Shown here piece by piece: positions 37,112-49,014 of a stretch of DNA of 64,000 nucleotides (position 1 is its first letter; each line of letters opens with the position of its first letter). The translations under genes were made by a program, and so were the position numbers. The notes below the pieces were generated by a model, which made no database searches, was not told the DNA's origin, and saw only the letters and a program-made list of their open reading frames with translations. Origin of the DNA: Blepharisma stoltei ATCC 30299 (Eukaryota > Protista > Ciliophora); assembly GCA_965603825.1 (NCBI GenBank), contig CBFDEM010000024.1:62001-126000 (forward strand), written 5' to 3'.

Positions 37112-38116
37112 TTACCTATTTTGAAGCTCTCGCTCTAGATTTTCAAACTGTTTATAGCAAAAATCAATATCAGGTCTCTCATAAGGATTGTTTCTTAGCA
37201 TAACCTTGACGATATCTTGAAATTTTTCAGGGATGTCATCCAGTCCTATATACTCTGAGTATGGCCCTTGAGTCAAAATATAGTAAACCATTAACCCATA
37301 AGAATACACATCACAATAAAACCCTCTATTCCCATTTAAAGCTTCTGGAGATGCAAAATCCTGCTCTTTGTACGTCATTTCGCTCTGAGTCTCCATGTTT
37401 AAATTGCTGCAGCAGTCCAAATCAAATATCACAGCTTTTCCTTCAGGACTTATAAAGACGCTCCAAGGGCTCAAATTCATTAGCACAGTATTTTTCATAT
37501 GCATAAAGCATAAGCCTCGTCCTATGTCTAAAATTAGTCCAAGTCTTTGTTTTAAATCTAAAGTATCATCTAAATATTCGTACAAAGTTTTAGGCAGATA
37601 TTCAAGTACGATGTATTTCTGATTATTAATTTTCGTATACCCACAAGTCTTTACAATATTTTCATGCCGTAATCTTGAGTTGCAATAAACAAGAAGCGGA
37701 ACTTTAAATATTTTTTTATCAGAATAAATAGCTTTAAGAAAATAATATTCGTCAGCAAGTTTGCAATAAAATAAGTCAGAATACATCTGATCTTTTTTAG
37801 GTTTAAATCAATTTTGAAAATTAATTGATTGAAATTGGCTTTTCTTTATTCTGAGTGAATTTTTTATTAAATTCCTATTATCCTGGAGTTTTTGCAGCTT
37901 TTCTCGTATTTTTAGTTTCAAAAAATTTAATAAATCAGAGTCTTCAATTCTAGAACTTTCTGAATTTGTTTTGTAAGACTCAGCGTTGTAAAAATCAAGG
38001 TTTGAAGTGCTAGCCGACATATCTGAGTGATTGTCCAATCAATCAGGATCAATTGGCAAATTGGCTTCTCTTACATATTTTTGCCTTTTTGCAGTTAAAC
38101 TATTACTCGGCTTCAT
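37112..38116 (-). CDS. TKL-like kinase-fold protein, probable pseudokinase
   Basis: Frame open from ATG 38116 via TGA at 38039 and 37808; LRHENIV, IVLEYL, DVYSYGL, PYERP; HRD and DFG replaced by LMN and DLD. Confidence 0.75.
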
Positions 38117-39255
38117 TTTTATGATTCTACAAATGTTAAAAATCTGAGATAGAGTGATAGAAAATATCACCGATGTAATTCTAGGCTTGCATGCAGCAAA
38201 TGTTATCGATAGTAGAGTCATGGCCATTTAGCTAAAAAGCTAAAGTATTGAGATCATCATGGGTTTATGCATTTCAAGTTAGCAAAGGTTATCATCAAAG
38301 AACAATAATTCAAAGACCTCTCACTATGCTTCCATATTATTACAAGAAACAGCGATAACTTTTATCACCAAATAGAGTATGAATTGGCAAAGAGGGAAAT
38401 TAAAAAGTCAATTTATGTTTGCGAATGAATAATGCCTATCAGCATTATAGGCTTAAGAGAAGAATTCGCTCTTAGGATTGATTAATATTTAATATCGATG
38501 AGGGAAAATTCCGAGAAACTATAGAACTGCTTTGCAGAGAATCTTTTCGAAAAGTGAGAAGGAATAATTTAGATAAATACAGGTGAACTTCAAGCAATTC
38601 TATCACATAATTATAAAGCAAATTCAATTCTACATAAGTTTAAAAAGTGTATTTAGAATTATAAGGGCAATATGGTTAAATTTCATAAAGTAATTTTTAG
38701 ACAGTCCTCGGAATATAGTCTAAGATTGCAAATAAGCTGATTTAAATTATACAGAGAGTACAGTATATCTTAAACTTAAAATTTATTCCAAATTGACACT
38801 TTCTTAGAATTATTATTAAAATCTAGAAATTTTATTGGACGAACGAGAAGAGAGCTGCTCATCAACTATATTGCGATTGTGTAGATGATAAATCTCACAT
38901 AGCTAAATATATATCTAATAAAATGATTTATTATTAAAATTATAATGGAATATCGAATCGAAAAATTAGATGAATTTCTTCCTGAGTGATTATTTTTAAT
39001 ATTTAAGATTCATAATTGTTTGGTTCTTAAAAATCTATAATTCTATAGCCATTAGATAATTTTTAAATAAATAATAAAAATATGACTATAGACAACTAAA
39101 ATGTTATTAATTCTTATTATAATTAACACGCTCTAATTAGATTTTTAGCATCTCATCTCCTTCAAGAAATCATTTCCTACAGTATCCTTCAAGATATCCG
39201 TTATTGGCATATAAAGCCATTTTAAGCGATTTCAAAGTTTAAATGTTATAAAATT

Positions 39256-40413
39256 ATGTCCCAAAAGCTAATTGAAGAAAATATCCCAGACTGCTTTTTA
39301 TGCCCCATAACTCAAGAATTAATGCAAGATCCAGTTATAGCAGCTGATGGCCATACTTATGAGCGTAAAGCAATTAAGAGATGGCTAAAAACCGGCAATA
39401 GACGAAGTCCTTTAACTAATGAAAGTTTAACGAACATGACTTTTATCGAAAATTATCTTGCAAGATCTTTAATTCATGAATTTATAGAAAATCAAACCAA
39501 GACAACTCAAAGCTGCGATTTAATAAGGAATAAAGAAGTTGAGTTCAAATCTAAAGAAAAATGCTTAAAAGATGAAATTAATAAAAAGAGCCAAGAAATT
39601 AATTCCTTGTTAAGCAGACTAGAAACTCAAAGAAAAACGAAAAAAAGACACACAATTTTTGATTATACTGCATTTATCGTTATTCTTGGGATGTTATTTT
39701 ATAACTCAGCTGATAGGTTTGTTAAAAGCAGCGAAATATATTCAAGCAAATTCAATACAATTGAATTTGAGAGCTCAAAGTTGGTTTTAGCTCAGCCTGT
39801 TGAATACCAATCATCGAAAATATCAGCCACTTCAAAAGATGGGAGCCATTATGCATATGCTGATTCTAATTACATTTTTGTAATTAATACAGCTACTAAT
39901 GAAAATGAAATTTCATTAAGGCATAATTCTTCCGAAATTACCTTTATCCAATTTTCCAATAGCGGGAAGCTTTTAGCTTCTGGAAATAGAGATAATGAAG
40001 TCACTTTATGGAGCTTAGAATCCAAAAAGAAAATAAAAGACTTCATGGGGCACAAAAAGGCTATCTCCGCTATTGATATCTCAGCTGATGAAAAATTGGT
40101 AGTTTCTGGGGGTTGGGATGGAAAAGTAATTCTTTGGGATATCGAATCTCAGCACCAAAATGGAATTTTTGGCAAAATGAATGATAAAACAAGCTGGGTT
40201 ACAGCAATAAAATTTTCCCCTGATGGAAAATTAATTGCGTCAAGCCATGGAGATTTTGCTATTAATATTTGGAATATTGCAGACAAAAAAATTATAAAGC
40301 AAATAAAAGGGCATCAAAATTGGATACAGTCTGTTGCCTTTTCAGATTGTGGAAAATTTTTGAACTCAAAAAGCATTGATGGAACTATTATAATAACTAA
40401 AATATTTAATTAA
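39256..40413 (+). CDS. U-box E3 ligase with coiled coil, putative TM segment and WD40 repeats
   Basis: FLCPITQELMQDPVIAADGHTYERKAIKRWL..SPLTN; hydrophobic YTAFIVILGMLFY; about five WD40 repeats. Confidence 0.9.
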   Translation: MSQKLIEENIPDCFLCPITQELMQDPVIAADGHTYERKAIKRWLKTGNRRSPLTNESLTNMTFIENYLARSLIHEFIENQTKTTQSCDLIRNKEVEFKSKEKCLKDEINKKSQEINSLLSRLETQRKTKKRHTIFDYTAFIVILGMLFYNSADRFVKSSEIYSSKFNTIEFESSKLVLAQPVEYQSSKISATSKDGSHYAYADSNYIFVINTATNENEISLRHNSSEITFIQFSNSGKLLASGNRDNEVTLWSLESKKKIKDFMGHKKAISAIDISADEKLVVSGGWDGKVILWDIESQHQNGIFGKMNDKTSWVTAIKFSPDGKLIASSHGDFAINIWNIADKKIIKQIKGHQNWIQSVAFSDCGKFLNSKSIDGTIIITKIFN

Positions 40414-40457
40414 ATGTTTGCAAATTATTTTAATGAATGAGATTTCTAATCAATAAA

Positions 40458-40904
40458 TTAAATTAATGAATCAATTAAATTTATTCTTCTTCGGTTATCT
40501 TCACAACTGTCAAATTTAGTGGCAAAAAATATATCTACAATTTCTTCTGCAACCCAATACGACATTGTTCTTTCCCCTAATGCAATTACATTGCAGTTAT
40601 ATTTTTTTCTCGATGTTTCGGCAGTTCAGTAATCATGACATAAAGCACATCTAATTCCAAGGAATTTATTGGCAGCCATTGAACTTGCCATACCTCCTCC
40701 ACATACAATTAATCCATATTGGGCTTGATTTTGATTAATCTTATCACATACAGCTTTTGCATATATTGGATAGTCAACAACCTCTCCAGGGAAGCAGCCA
40801 ACATCAATTATCGTTGCATCTTTGCTTTGCATATGCTGTATAAGCTGCTGCTTAAAGTTAATTCCTGCATGGTCACACCCAGCAGCAATAACAAGAGATT
40901 CCAT
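40458..40904 (-). CDS. rpiB: Ribose-5-phosphate isomerase B (RpiB/LacAB family)
   Basis: GCDHAG, DYPIYA, GLIVCG.G..SMAANKFLGIRCALCHD; continues through TGA 40626 to NVIALGER..RRINLI TAA. Confidence 0.88.
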
Positions 40905-40976
40905 TGATAGTTTTATGGCGTTTTTAGTCGATAATAACTATTTTATTTATAATTATAGCTGTTTATCAGAAATAGT

Positions 40977-41792
40977 TTATTTATTAGTAAAATTAGGCTT
41001 TCTTTTATTCAAAAGTGCAGATATTCCTTCTTCTTTATCTTGCAATGAAAACCCTGAGTTAAACAGTGCCAGCTCATGCGAAAGTCCAGCTGACAATCCT
41101 ACTTCTAATGCAAAATTAATCGACTTTTTAGCAATTCCTACAACTGGGACAGAATAGCTTGCTATTTTCTTTGCAATTACAATAGCTTCTTCTAGAGCAT
41201 TTTCTACAACCTTATTAACAAGCCCCATTTCTTTAGCTTCATCAGCAGAAATCATATCTCCAGTTAATATCAATTCCATAGCTTTATACTTTCCCACAAC
41301 TCTCGTAAGCCTTTGCGTTCCCCCTGCTCCAGGTATTAGCCCAAGCTTAATTTCAGGCTGCCCAAATTTTGCAGTTTTACTAGCAATAATAATATCACAC
41401 ATCATTGCCACTTCGCAGCCACCTCCTAGTGCAAGTCCATTTACAGCAGCAATTACAGGCTTTTTCATTCTAGGCAAAACAGTGAACCAATTTTCTATTG
41501 GGTTTGTAATGATAACTGAAGATGTTGATTTATTTTGAAATTCAGAAACATCAGCACCTGCTGCAAAAGATTTTCCGACCCCTGTCAAAATTACTACATG
41601 GACATTTGGGTCATCTTCTGCTTGTCGGAATAGAGGATTTAGGTCATTTCAGACGGCAGTGCTAAAAGCGTTTAGTTTTGATGGACGAGTAATTGTGATA
41701 ATCGCAATTTTGTCTGCAGTTGTTTGATAAGTCGCTAGCTTTGGTTCCGTATTCAGATGATTAGCAAGAAGACTGAGCCTTTTTAGAGCCAT
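40977..41792 (-). CDS. Enoyl-CoA hydratase (crotonase, ECHS1-like) with N-terminal PTS2
   Basis: ATG 41792, one TGA=Trp; FAAGAD, ALGGGCE, FGQPEIKLGLIPGAGGTQRL; N-terminus RLSLLANHL. Confidence 0.92.
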
Positions 41793-41843
41793 TTTTCGGG
41801 AGATTAATTATATAGAGGATTTAGCTATTTATTTATAATAAAT

Positions 41844-43590
41844 TTAAGTGAATCTCAAGTTTGTGAAAAATGGCTTAAGCAATGGATGAGCACATTGTAT
41901 ATGCAAGTGCGCATAACACCTTTGTGCAAATTTAAGCCCACATAATAAGCATCGTCTTTCTTGGGTGTTCCTTCCTTTTAGTAATTTATTCTTAATAATA
42001 ATTTCTTCTATGTGCTTCAATAAATTATGCAAATAATATTCATCTCGACGATGAAATCTTTGTGAGCATTCTGAGCATCTGGGATGATCTGTCCGAATGT
42101 GGTATGAAAGCCTATTTCTTGTTTTTTCAGTTTTAGAACAAATTGGACATATTGGGGAGCAAGTGTGATTTCTAGACATGTGCGCTCGTGCTTGCTTTAA
42201 GGTCTCGAAATGGTAGCCGCATTCAGGGCAGTTGCCTTCGTAAGGATAATTTAATAGTTTGATATAATATAAATGAAAAAAAATTATGTAGCTTTCGTTT
42301 AAAAGATCTTTGGATTTTTATAGCATGATATTTTATGCACTTGCCAGGGCTTAAGGATCTAAAAATCCATTTGCACCTTTTCATGTCCAAGCATATGACG
42401 CAATTTTTGATTTTTTTCAAGCCTTTTTAGCTTTTTCTTCTCTCTGCTTCTTCTTGTCGATTATTATACTTTCATCAGAATTTTCAGTCTTTTTAACTTT
42501 TTCAATTGATTTTTGAGAGTTTTGGGAGTCCTTACGAATTAGGGTTTTACTGTTCGACCTCATTATAGATTTTTCTTTCGGCAAAATCTCATCGAATTTC
42601 TTTGAAGGCAATTTTTGAACTGAATGCGATTTTCTCTTTTGCTGGCCCGTTTCGTCCAAATCTTCATTTAAAGGGGAATTTTCTTCTTTTCTGATTTCTT
42701 TTATAGATGTATCTAATAATTTTTGATGTAAATTTCTTTTCGATAATCGGGCTTGACCTTCTTCAATGGACGGAGAAAAATCATTTCTCGGTCTTACGAA
42801 TGAAGTCGTCAACTCTTTTGAGTTCGACCTTGATCTTTCAGCTAAAGTATTGATTCTTTCATTAACCTTTTTTTGCCCTTTTGTTAAGTCTTTAACACCT
42901 ATTATGCCTGCTTCATTTGAGATCTTCAAATTTTTAACTATCCCTCTTGATTTTCCCTTCTTAAAAATAATTTCATTGCTTTCTTCACTTATTTTCCTTT
43001 GATGATTTACGTGCTTTTCTTGTTGATCCTCTCTTTCTGAACTTAGTTTTTCCTCACTATTTTTAATTGGAGACGGCCTATTAAGTTTAAGTTTTGTATT
43101 CCTAAACAGCGGATTTGACGGTGAACTCGTCTCATTCATGCTAATATTTTGATTTTTTTCATAAAAAGTGACTTGTAAAGTAAAAGAATTGAAATTATGA
43201 GTGACTGATGTATTTGGGGTGATGATTTTTGACCTACTTTCAGGAGTGGCACATTTTGAAATCGGATTTGATTTCAAGGAATTATAGAGCTGCTTTCTGA
43301 TGTTTATTTTTGAAGAAATTTTGATATTATTGATATTATCAGGCGGGATAATTTCGATTTTAGGCTTTGGTTTTGGGAGTTTTTTCCAGCTCAAGCTATT
43401 TGTGAGGCATAAAGTTTCATTAAGTCTTGGGTCGCGCTGAAGGTTATAAGATCTTGACACGTCTAATGAAGTGCTGCTTTTTCTTGTTTTGATTTTAATC
43501 GAAGATCGATTTAATCTACTCTTTGCGGGGCTTTGAGAACTAGACTCATTTCCCTTTAACTTTACAGGTGTTGTTTGTTTTAATATTTTT
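41844..43590 (-). pseudogene. Low-complexity Lys/Ser-rich protein with IQ-like motif and C-terminal C2H2 zinc fingers, broken by homopolymer frameshifts; start unresolved
   Basis: ORF 42417-43460 and the C2H2 block (CPECG..HMSRNH, CPIC, CSEC, CLLC) share a frame but are separated by TAA; bridging sequence HAIKIQRSFKRKL is in another frame. Confidence 0.5.
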
Positions 43591-43676
43591 TAAAAAAATT
43601 CTTCTAATTAATATTCTCATAAAAATTCTGTAATAATGATTAAAAACCCAAGCTAAGAGAAATTTAAATTATTAAA

Positions 43677-44315
43677 ATGGAACGTACAACAGAAAAGTCT
43701 TGCAAATATATTTACAAAATTGTTATTGCAGGAGATCAAAAATCAGGAAAAAGTACGTTATTTTCAAGATTCACTAAGCACAAATCGAAATTTAAAGAGC
43801 CTCAAAGTGGAGTAAAATTTGAAAATTGCAACTTTCACATGTCATCAGGCGAAAACATCAAATTTCAGCTTTGAGATATTATTGGATTTAAGCAGTACCG
43901 GTCCATAATAAAGTCTCATTTCCGAAGAGCTGTTGGCGCTTTCATAGTTTACGATATAACCAGCGAGAATTCTTTTAACAGCGCAAAATCATGGCTAGAA
44001 GATCTCAGAATCGCAGAACCAGATATCATTATATCAATTATTGGAAATAAAATCGATAAAGACCCTTCATTAAGAAAAATAAGTTTTGAGCAAGGACGAA
44101 CTTTTGCTCAAGAAAATGATGCTATTTTTGCAGAAACTTCTGCAAGGGATAACTTAGGCGTAAATGAGGCATTTGAAAGGTTATTTAAAAGAGTTTATGA
44201 TGTGAAAGTAGAAATTATAAAAAATGATGTCGAGATGAGTGACCAAAGCTCTTTAATTAGTGAGCAGATAAAAATCGAGAAAAATACAATAACCAAAAAT
44301 TTTTGTTGTCATTAA
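43677..44315 (+). CDS. Divergent Rab GTPase (Rab11-like)
   Basis: GDQKSGKST, FQL(TGA=W)D, RRAVGAFIVYDIT, GNKID, ETSA, C-terminal CCH. Confidence 0.9.
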
Positions 44316-44326
44316 ATTTTCTTCAA

Positions 44327-45085
44327 TTAAATAGGAACGCAGGCATACATTTTTACCTTATAAAGATCTTCTGGAAAATTTGGCTGCAGCTGCTCATGGA
44401 TAATCCTAAGTCCTGCATTTCTGAATGCAATTTTGTATATTTTATCTGATCTTGTCACACTGAAATCTTCCTTATGCACCATAAAGCCATTCTTCTTTAT
44501 ATTTTCTTTAATGCAAATGATCCCTCCTTCTCTCAGCCCATTTTGAATTCTTCTCAAAAAACTGACCAAATCTTCATCTGTTAGCTGTGCAAGTACCCAT
44601 TGAATTCATATACAATCATAAGCTCGTGGCTCTGGGTTGAAATTTTGTAGTCCTTGTACATAAAAATTAACAGCTCTTGAGTCATCCACAAAAGTTCTTG
44701 CATGGTCTACATATTTTTGGCATTGGTCAACTAAGTCTACTGTTTCAAATTCATTTAATAAAAGAAATTTTGTAACTCTTCCAATTCCACAGCCACAATC
44801 AAGAGCTCTTCTCCCAGCCATAGCGTGGCTTGTTTTCAAAAATGCCACAAATTCTCTAGAGGTATTGATATCTGGCTGATTAATTATTTCATAGCCACCT
44901 AAAACTCCATTTAAAGATGACTCTTGAGAAGACCAGTAGCTGTTTCCTAAATGGTACCAAGTTTCTTTATCTCTTATGAATTTTGAGTGCAGCTCTCTCC
45001 GCCACATTTCTTCTGGCGAAGCATATGCTTCTCCAAAGGTGTCTGTCCCAGATTTCTCGTGTGGAAAAAGCTCTTTTGTGTCCAT
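44327..45085 (-). CDS. NTMT1: Alpha-N-terminal protein methyltransferase (NTMT1/Tae1)
   Basis: GVLGGY, ALDCGCGIGRVT, YDCI(TGA=W)IQWV, IKEN, DFSVTR, VKMYA. Confidence 0.93.
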
Positions 45086-45117
45086 TTAGATTATCAATTT
45101 ATTAGGGTAATTTTATA

Positions 45118-46131
45118 CTAAGCTAGCTTCCATAATTTGAAGGTTTTATCAAAAGACGTAGTTACTAGGATGTCTCCTTTAGGACTGAGATTTATATCAG
45201 TCACTTTATTTTCATTTGAAAATGTTTTAAGCAGCGAAAAATCTTTAGGAGACCATAACTTGGTGGTTCCATCATAGGAGCATGAGCCAATAAATTTTTC
45301 TGTTGCGGTTGTTGAAGAAACCAGTTTGGAGTGTGCAGGAATCGTAAAAACAAGCCCACGCTTTCGAATGTCCCAGATTTTGACGGTATTATCATCGCTG
45401 CCTGTAGAAATTGTGTGTCCATTTGGAGAAATGCTCATGCAGAGGAGCTGCTTGACATGCCCTCTGAGGGTAAGAATATGACCGCCTGTTCTGAGATCTC
45501 ATAGAGCGCCGGTTCCAGAAAGGTCACCAGTCCCGAGGATACTGCCATCTGGGTGAAGGCTTAAACAGTGGATGCCTCTGCCATGCCCATGCTGTGTGAG
45601 AATGCAATCATTTCGGCTTATGTCTCAAAGCTTCCAAGTTTTATCATATGAACAGCTTAAAAGCAAGTTGCCAATAGGATGGAATTTAACTTTATTGACC
45701 CTAGATTCATGTCCTCTAAGTCATCTAGCCTGACTATTTTCTCATATTCCTATATTCATATCAAATGATCCTGTTGCAACAATATTATTGCAAATATCTA
45801 TTGTCTGCACTCTATCTGAATGCCCTTCAAGGCTAGAAATTAGAGTTCCACTTGGAATAGAATAAAGAGATGCAATTCCAGATCATCCTGCTATTCCTAA
45901 AACGGTCCCTGTTTCATCAAATGAAGTACTAATTGGAACTCTTTCATCACATATTTGGCTTCCTAAGACTTCAAATTCTAAAGGATCTGAACGGACATTG
46001 TAAATTCTTTCAGCTTCTAGTCTGATTGAAGCTTTCATTAAGCTAATGCTTGCAATTTCTTCTCTTGTTGCTCTTAAGAAAGGATGGGATGCTGGCTGAT
46101 CTTCAGGAGGCCTGTCTTCAACTTGGAGCAT
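45118..46131 (-). CDS. PRPF4: U4/U6 snRNP protein Prp4 (WD40), short form
   Basis: Single frame of 337 aa with several TGA=Trp; SQICDERPIS, AGWSG, LHPDGSILGTGD, WDLRTG, TIPAHSKLVS. Confidence 0.85.
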
Positions 46132-46304
46132 TCTTTATATTTATTTAATTTTCATAGAGCTCAATAGTCATTTTAAATGATGCGTGTATTAAAAATTATT
46201 TTTGTCTTGGCACTAAGCCTAAAAAGGATTTTGCACTATTACCAGCTGCTGAAAATAGAATTAATTAGTTATTCAATATTTTATAAGAAAGAAATGATTA
46301 ATAT

Positions 46305-47927
46305 ATGGAAGCTCGCATTGAAGCATTGGAGCTATCAGTTGCACATCTTCAAAACAATATAAATAGCGAAACCATAAAGCAGGCTGTTTTAGAAACTATA
46401 AAATCAGAAATCGATGACTTGCTTGCAGGAACTCTTACTGTTAGTTGCATCAAAGGGGAGCTAGAAAGGCGAAATAAACGAGAAAAGCTTGACATTGAGG
46501 AAATCATGAAAGGAAATAAATCAACTCAGCTAGGAATTCAAAAACTTTCTGAAAAGCTCATAAGCTTTAATGACGATTTAAAAGATTTAAAAATAGAAGT
46601 CAATGATATTTCTCATGAACTCAAACACAAAGCTCTGGATATTGATCTACAAAGAATTGAGAGCTCAATACAGTCACTATGTCCAATGTCCTATGCTTAT
46701 TTATTGGATGCTGAAATCAGGACATTGGCAAAGCAAGAAGAATTAAATTTGACACTGCAAGCTTTGAACGACCTTAAAAAAACTGTCGAATTTGATTGTT
46801 TTAGCAAGGCAGGTGCTAATGAAGAATTTTTGAGAATAGAAAAAGCATTCGAGATTGAATTTTCTCAATATGCGACTGTAAAAAATTTGAATGAAGCTTT
46901 TGGAAGCTTGAAAAATGGGTATGAAGAAGTGGCCAGATTAAATAAAGAAACCAAAGAAATGCTTATAAAGGAAACTGAGCATTTAAGAGAAGTAATAAAT
47001 TACAATAAAAAAGATACACAAGAAAAAATTACGAAGTTAAATGTAGAGATAGTTCGTGAGCTAGATAACAAAAGCAGCAGAAGCGAGCTGAAAAGTTTTG
47101 AAATAGAAATCACACAAAACATCCAAAGTTTCAGAGAAGAAATCAAAGGGTTTGCAAGGAGTTTAAAAGCATATGAAGCGGAATTAAGACGATTTGATGA
47201 AGTTTTATTGCAGAAAGCCTCAAAAGTCGACATAAAAGACTTATTAAAAAAAGTGAGTTTTTTATCTCAGTATCCAAATGTTGAATTAACATTAAATGAC
47301 TTAACCCAGAACGTCGAAATACTTTTCCAGCACAAAGAAAGTCTATTAATTACGATCCATCAACTTGAAGAAGAGCTTGAAAATCTTAAAAAAGGCATAG
47401 AAAAAAAAATCAGTAATAATCATGAAATGAAGCTATTTAAACAAGCTCTATATGACCTCCAATTTACTCTGACAGATAAAGCTGACACAATAGATGTTCT
47501 AAAATACTTGGATGAGAAGGCAACAATAGCTGATCTAAACAATTCAAATGCTTCTATTGATGCCCTACACAAGCAGTTAAAGCTAATTGCTGTCCATTTA
47601 ACAGCGCTGCAAAGGATACTATCAGACCCCTACAAGCTCAAAGGACCAGAAAGATCAAAAAAAGAATATTTCTATAAAATGACGCAGAGATTAGTAGACT
47701 ATATTGTAGCCTCAAAAGTTATAACTAATAACAGCGCTCCCATCCCAGAAGATCTCAAAGCTTTTTTTAAGCTTAATGAGAGTATCAAGTTAAGCGAGAG
47801 CGTAAAGGTAAACGACAGCATTAAGCTCAACGAAACTGTGAGGCCGCCCGAACCAACTCAAACAGCCCCAACTCCAAAGCGAAAGTTCAGCTTCCACAGA
47901 AGATTCAGCTCATTAGATACATTTTAG
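46305..47927 (+). CDS. Hypothetical coiled-coil protein
   Basis: 540-aa ORF with heptad-rich composition; ends TAG. Confidence 0.75.
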   Translation: MEARIEALELSVAHLQNNINSETIKQAVLETIKSEIDDLLAGTLTVSCIKGELERRNKREKLDIEEIMKGNKSTQLGIQKLSEKLISFNDDLKDLKIEVNDISHELKHKALDIDLQRIESSIQSLCPMSYAYLLDAEIRTLAKQEELNLTLQALNDLKKTVEFDCFSKAGANEEFLRIEKAFEIEFSQYATVKNLNEAFGSLKNGYEEVARLNKETKEMLIKETEHLREVINYNKKDTQEKITKLNVEIVRELDNKSSRSELKSFEIEITQNIQSFREEIKGFARSLKAYEAELRRFDEVLLQKASKVDIKDLLKKVSFLSQYPNVELTLNDLTQNVEILFQHKESLLITIHQLEEELENLKKGIEKKISNNHEMKLFKQALYDLQFTLTDKADTIDVLKYLDEKATIADLNNSNASIDALHKQLKLIAVHLTALQRILSDPYKLKGPERSKKEYFYKMTQRLVDYIVASKVITNNSAPIPEDLKAFFKLNESIKLSESVKVNDSIKLNETVRPPEPTQTAPTPKRKFSFHRRFSSLDTF

Positions 47928-47974
47928 TAGCTTTAAGGTATTTTTATTTATATCTCCACTTGTTTTCATTATAA

Positions 47975-48334
47975 ATGGACTCTCTCCCAGACGAAATCGC
48001 AACTGAAATCTTCGGGTTTTTAGCAGCAAATGACCTATGCACAGTTTCACTTATAAATAAAAGATTCCACAGCCTGGCTCAGTCAAACTTCATATGGAAA
48101 AACGTATTCTCCAGAAGATGGAATATGGTGCCATCTTCTGAAGGAAACTTAAAAGAATTCTATGCCAACTTAAACTGTAGAGTCACAGGAATCATCAGTC
48201 AATACCAATCTGAAAACCACAGACTGCAAGAACTTTTGGCGTTTGAAAAGAAAAGGCAGCTTGAAAGCTTGAACCAAAGAATTCAAGAAAAAAAGAACAA
48301 GCGGTTTATCAAAGAACTGGAAATGTCATTATAG
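47975..48334 (+). CDS. Small F-box protein
   Basis: LPDEIATEIFGFL..DLCTVSLINKRFHSLAQSNFIWK. Confidence 0.85.
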   Translation: MDSLPDEIATEIFGFLAANDLCTVSLINKRFHSLAQSNFIWKNVFSRRWNMVPSSEGNLKEFYANLNCRVTGIISQYQSENHRLQELLAFEKKRQLESLNQRIQEKKNKRFIKELEMSL

Positions 48335-48363
48335 TCAATCTTAAGTTAACTAACATAGTTTTT

Positions 48364-49014
48364 CTAAATAACCAGGATAAACCAGCCTAAAAAGAGGTAG
48401 AAAAGGATCACTGGGTACTCTGCTAACACTTTTCTGCTTTCTGGTACAAGCTGAGTCATGAATCCTATTGAGGAGAGAGTTGACCATGCAAATCCTGCCA
48501 GGACTATAGGTATCTTTATATATGGCACAAATCCTAGGATAATTACGAGCAGAGATGCCACGTTCATAGGAAAGATGCAGTAGCCAAGCAGACAAACACT
48601 TTGGAAAAATGACACGGTGCCTCCTAGAAGCTGTGCATTGATTGTAACGACTGCTGCTCCTACCCAGACCACGACGAAAACTATTCCGAATACCAAGCTT
48701 GCAGTGTCTTCCTGAGAGCTTCCTGTTGTACTTGAAATTGATAAAGTAAGCGCTAATAATAAGCAAAGGAGAAGAGGACCCCATAAATCCCAGTCACGGA
48801 GCTGTTTTGCTTTTTCTTGCTCAGCGGACTTGGGGATGAGAACGTATTTAAGCTTGAAAGCGATTCGTTTTAAATCACGGAGCTATATAAAAATTACAAT
48901 TGTTTCTGAAACAGGCTCTTCTAAAGTGTTTACTTCTTGATCTGCTGCCATATGGCCAAGCTGGTCACTTTTAGGACCTTGTTGAAGAGTGATGTTGCCA
49001 CTTAGTCCAGCCAT
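48364..49014 (-). CDS. YIPF6: Yip1-domain Golgi membrane protein (YIPF6-like); one 15-nt intron
   Basis: TLEEPVSETI^LRDL, LRDWDLWGPL, VSFFQSVCLLGYCIFP; intron 48883-48897. Confidence 0.9.
48883..48897 (-). other. 15-nt spliceosomal intron
   Basis: GTAATTTTTATATAG; in-frame TAG; removal restores ETILRDL. Confidence 0.9.

Noticed and set aside
38117-39255. Long spacer as decayed gene; ORF 38039-38227 as separate gene
   Set aside because: No motif found; the short ORF is the 5' part of the kinase-like gene plus upstream in-frame sequence
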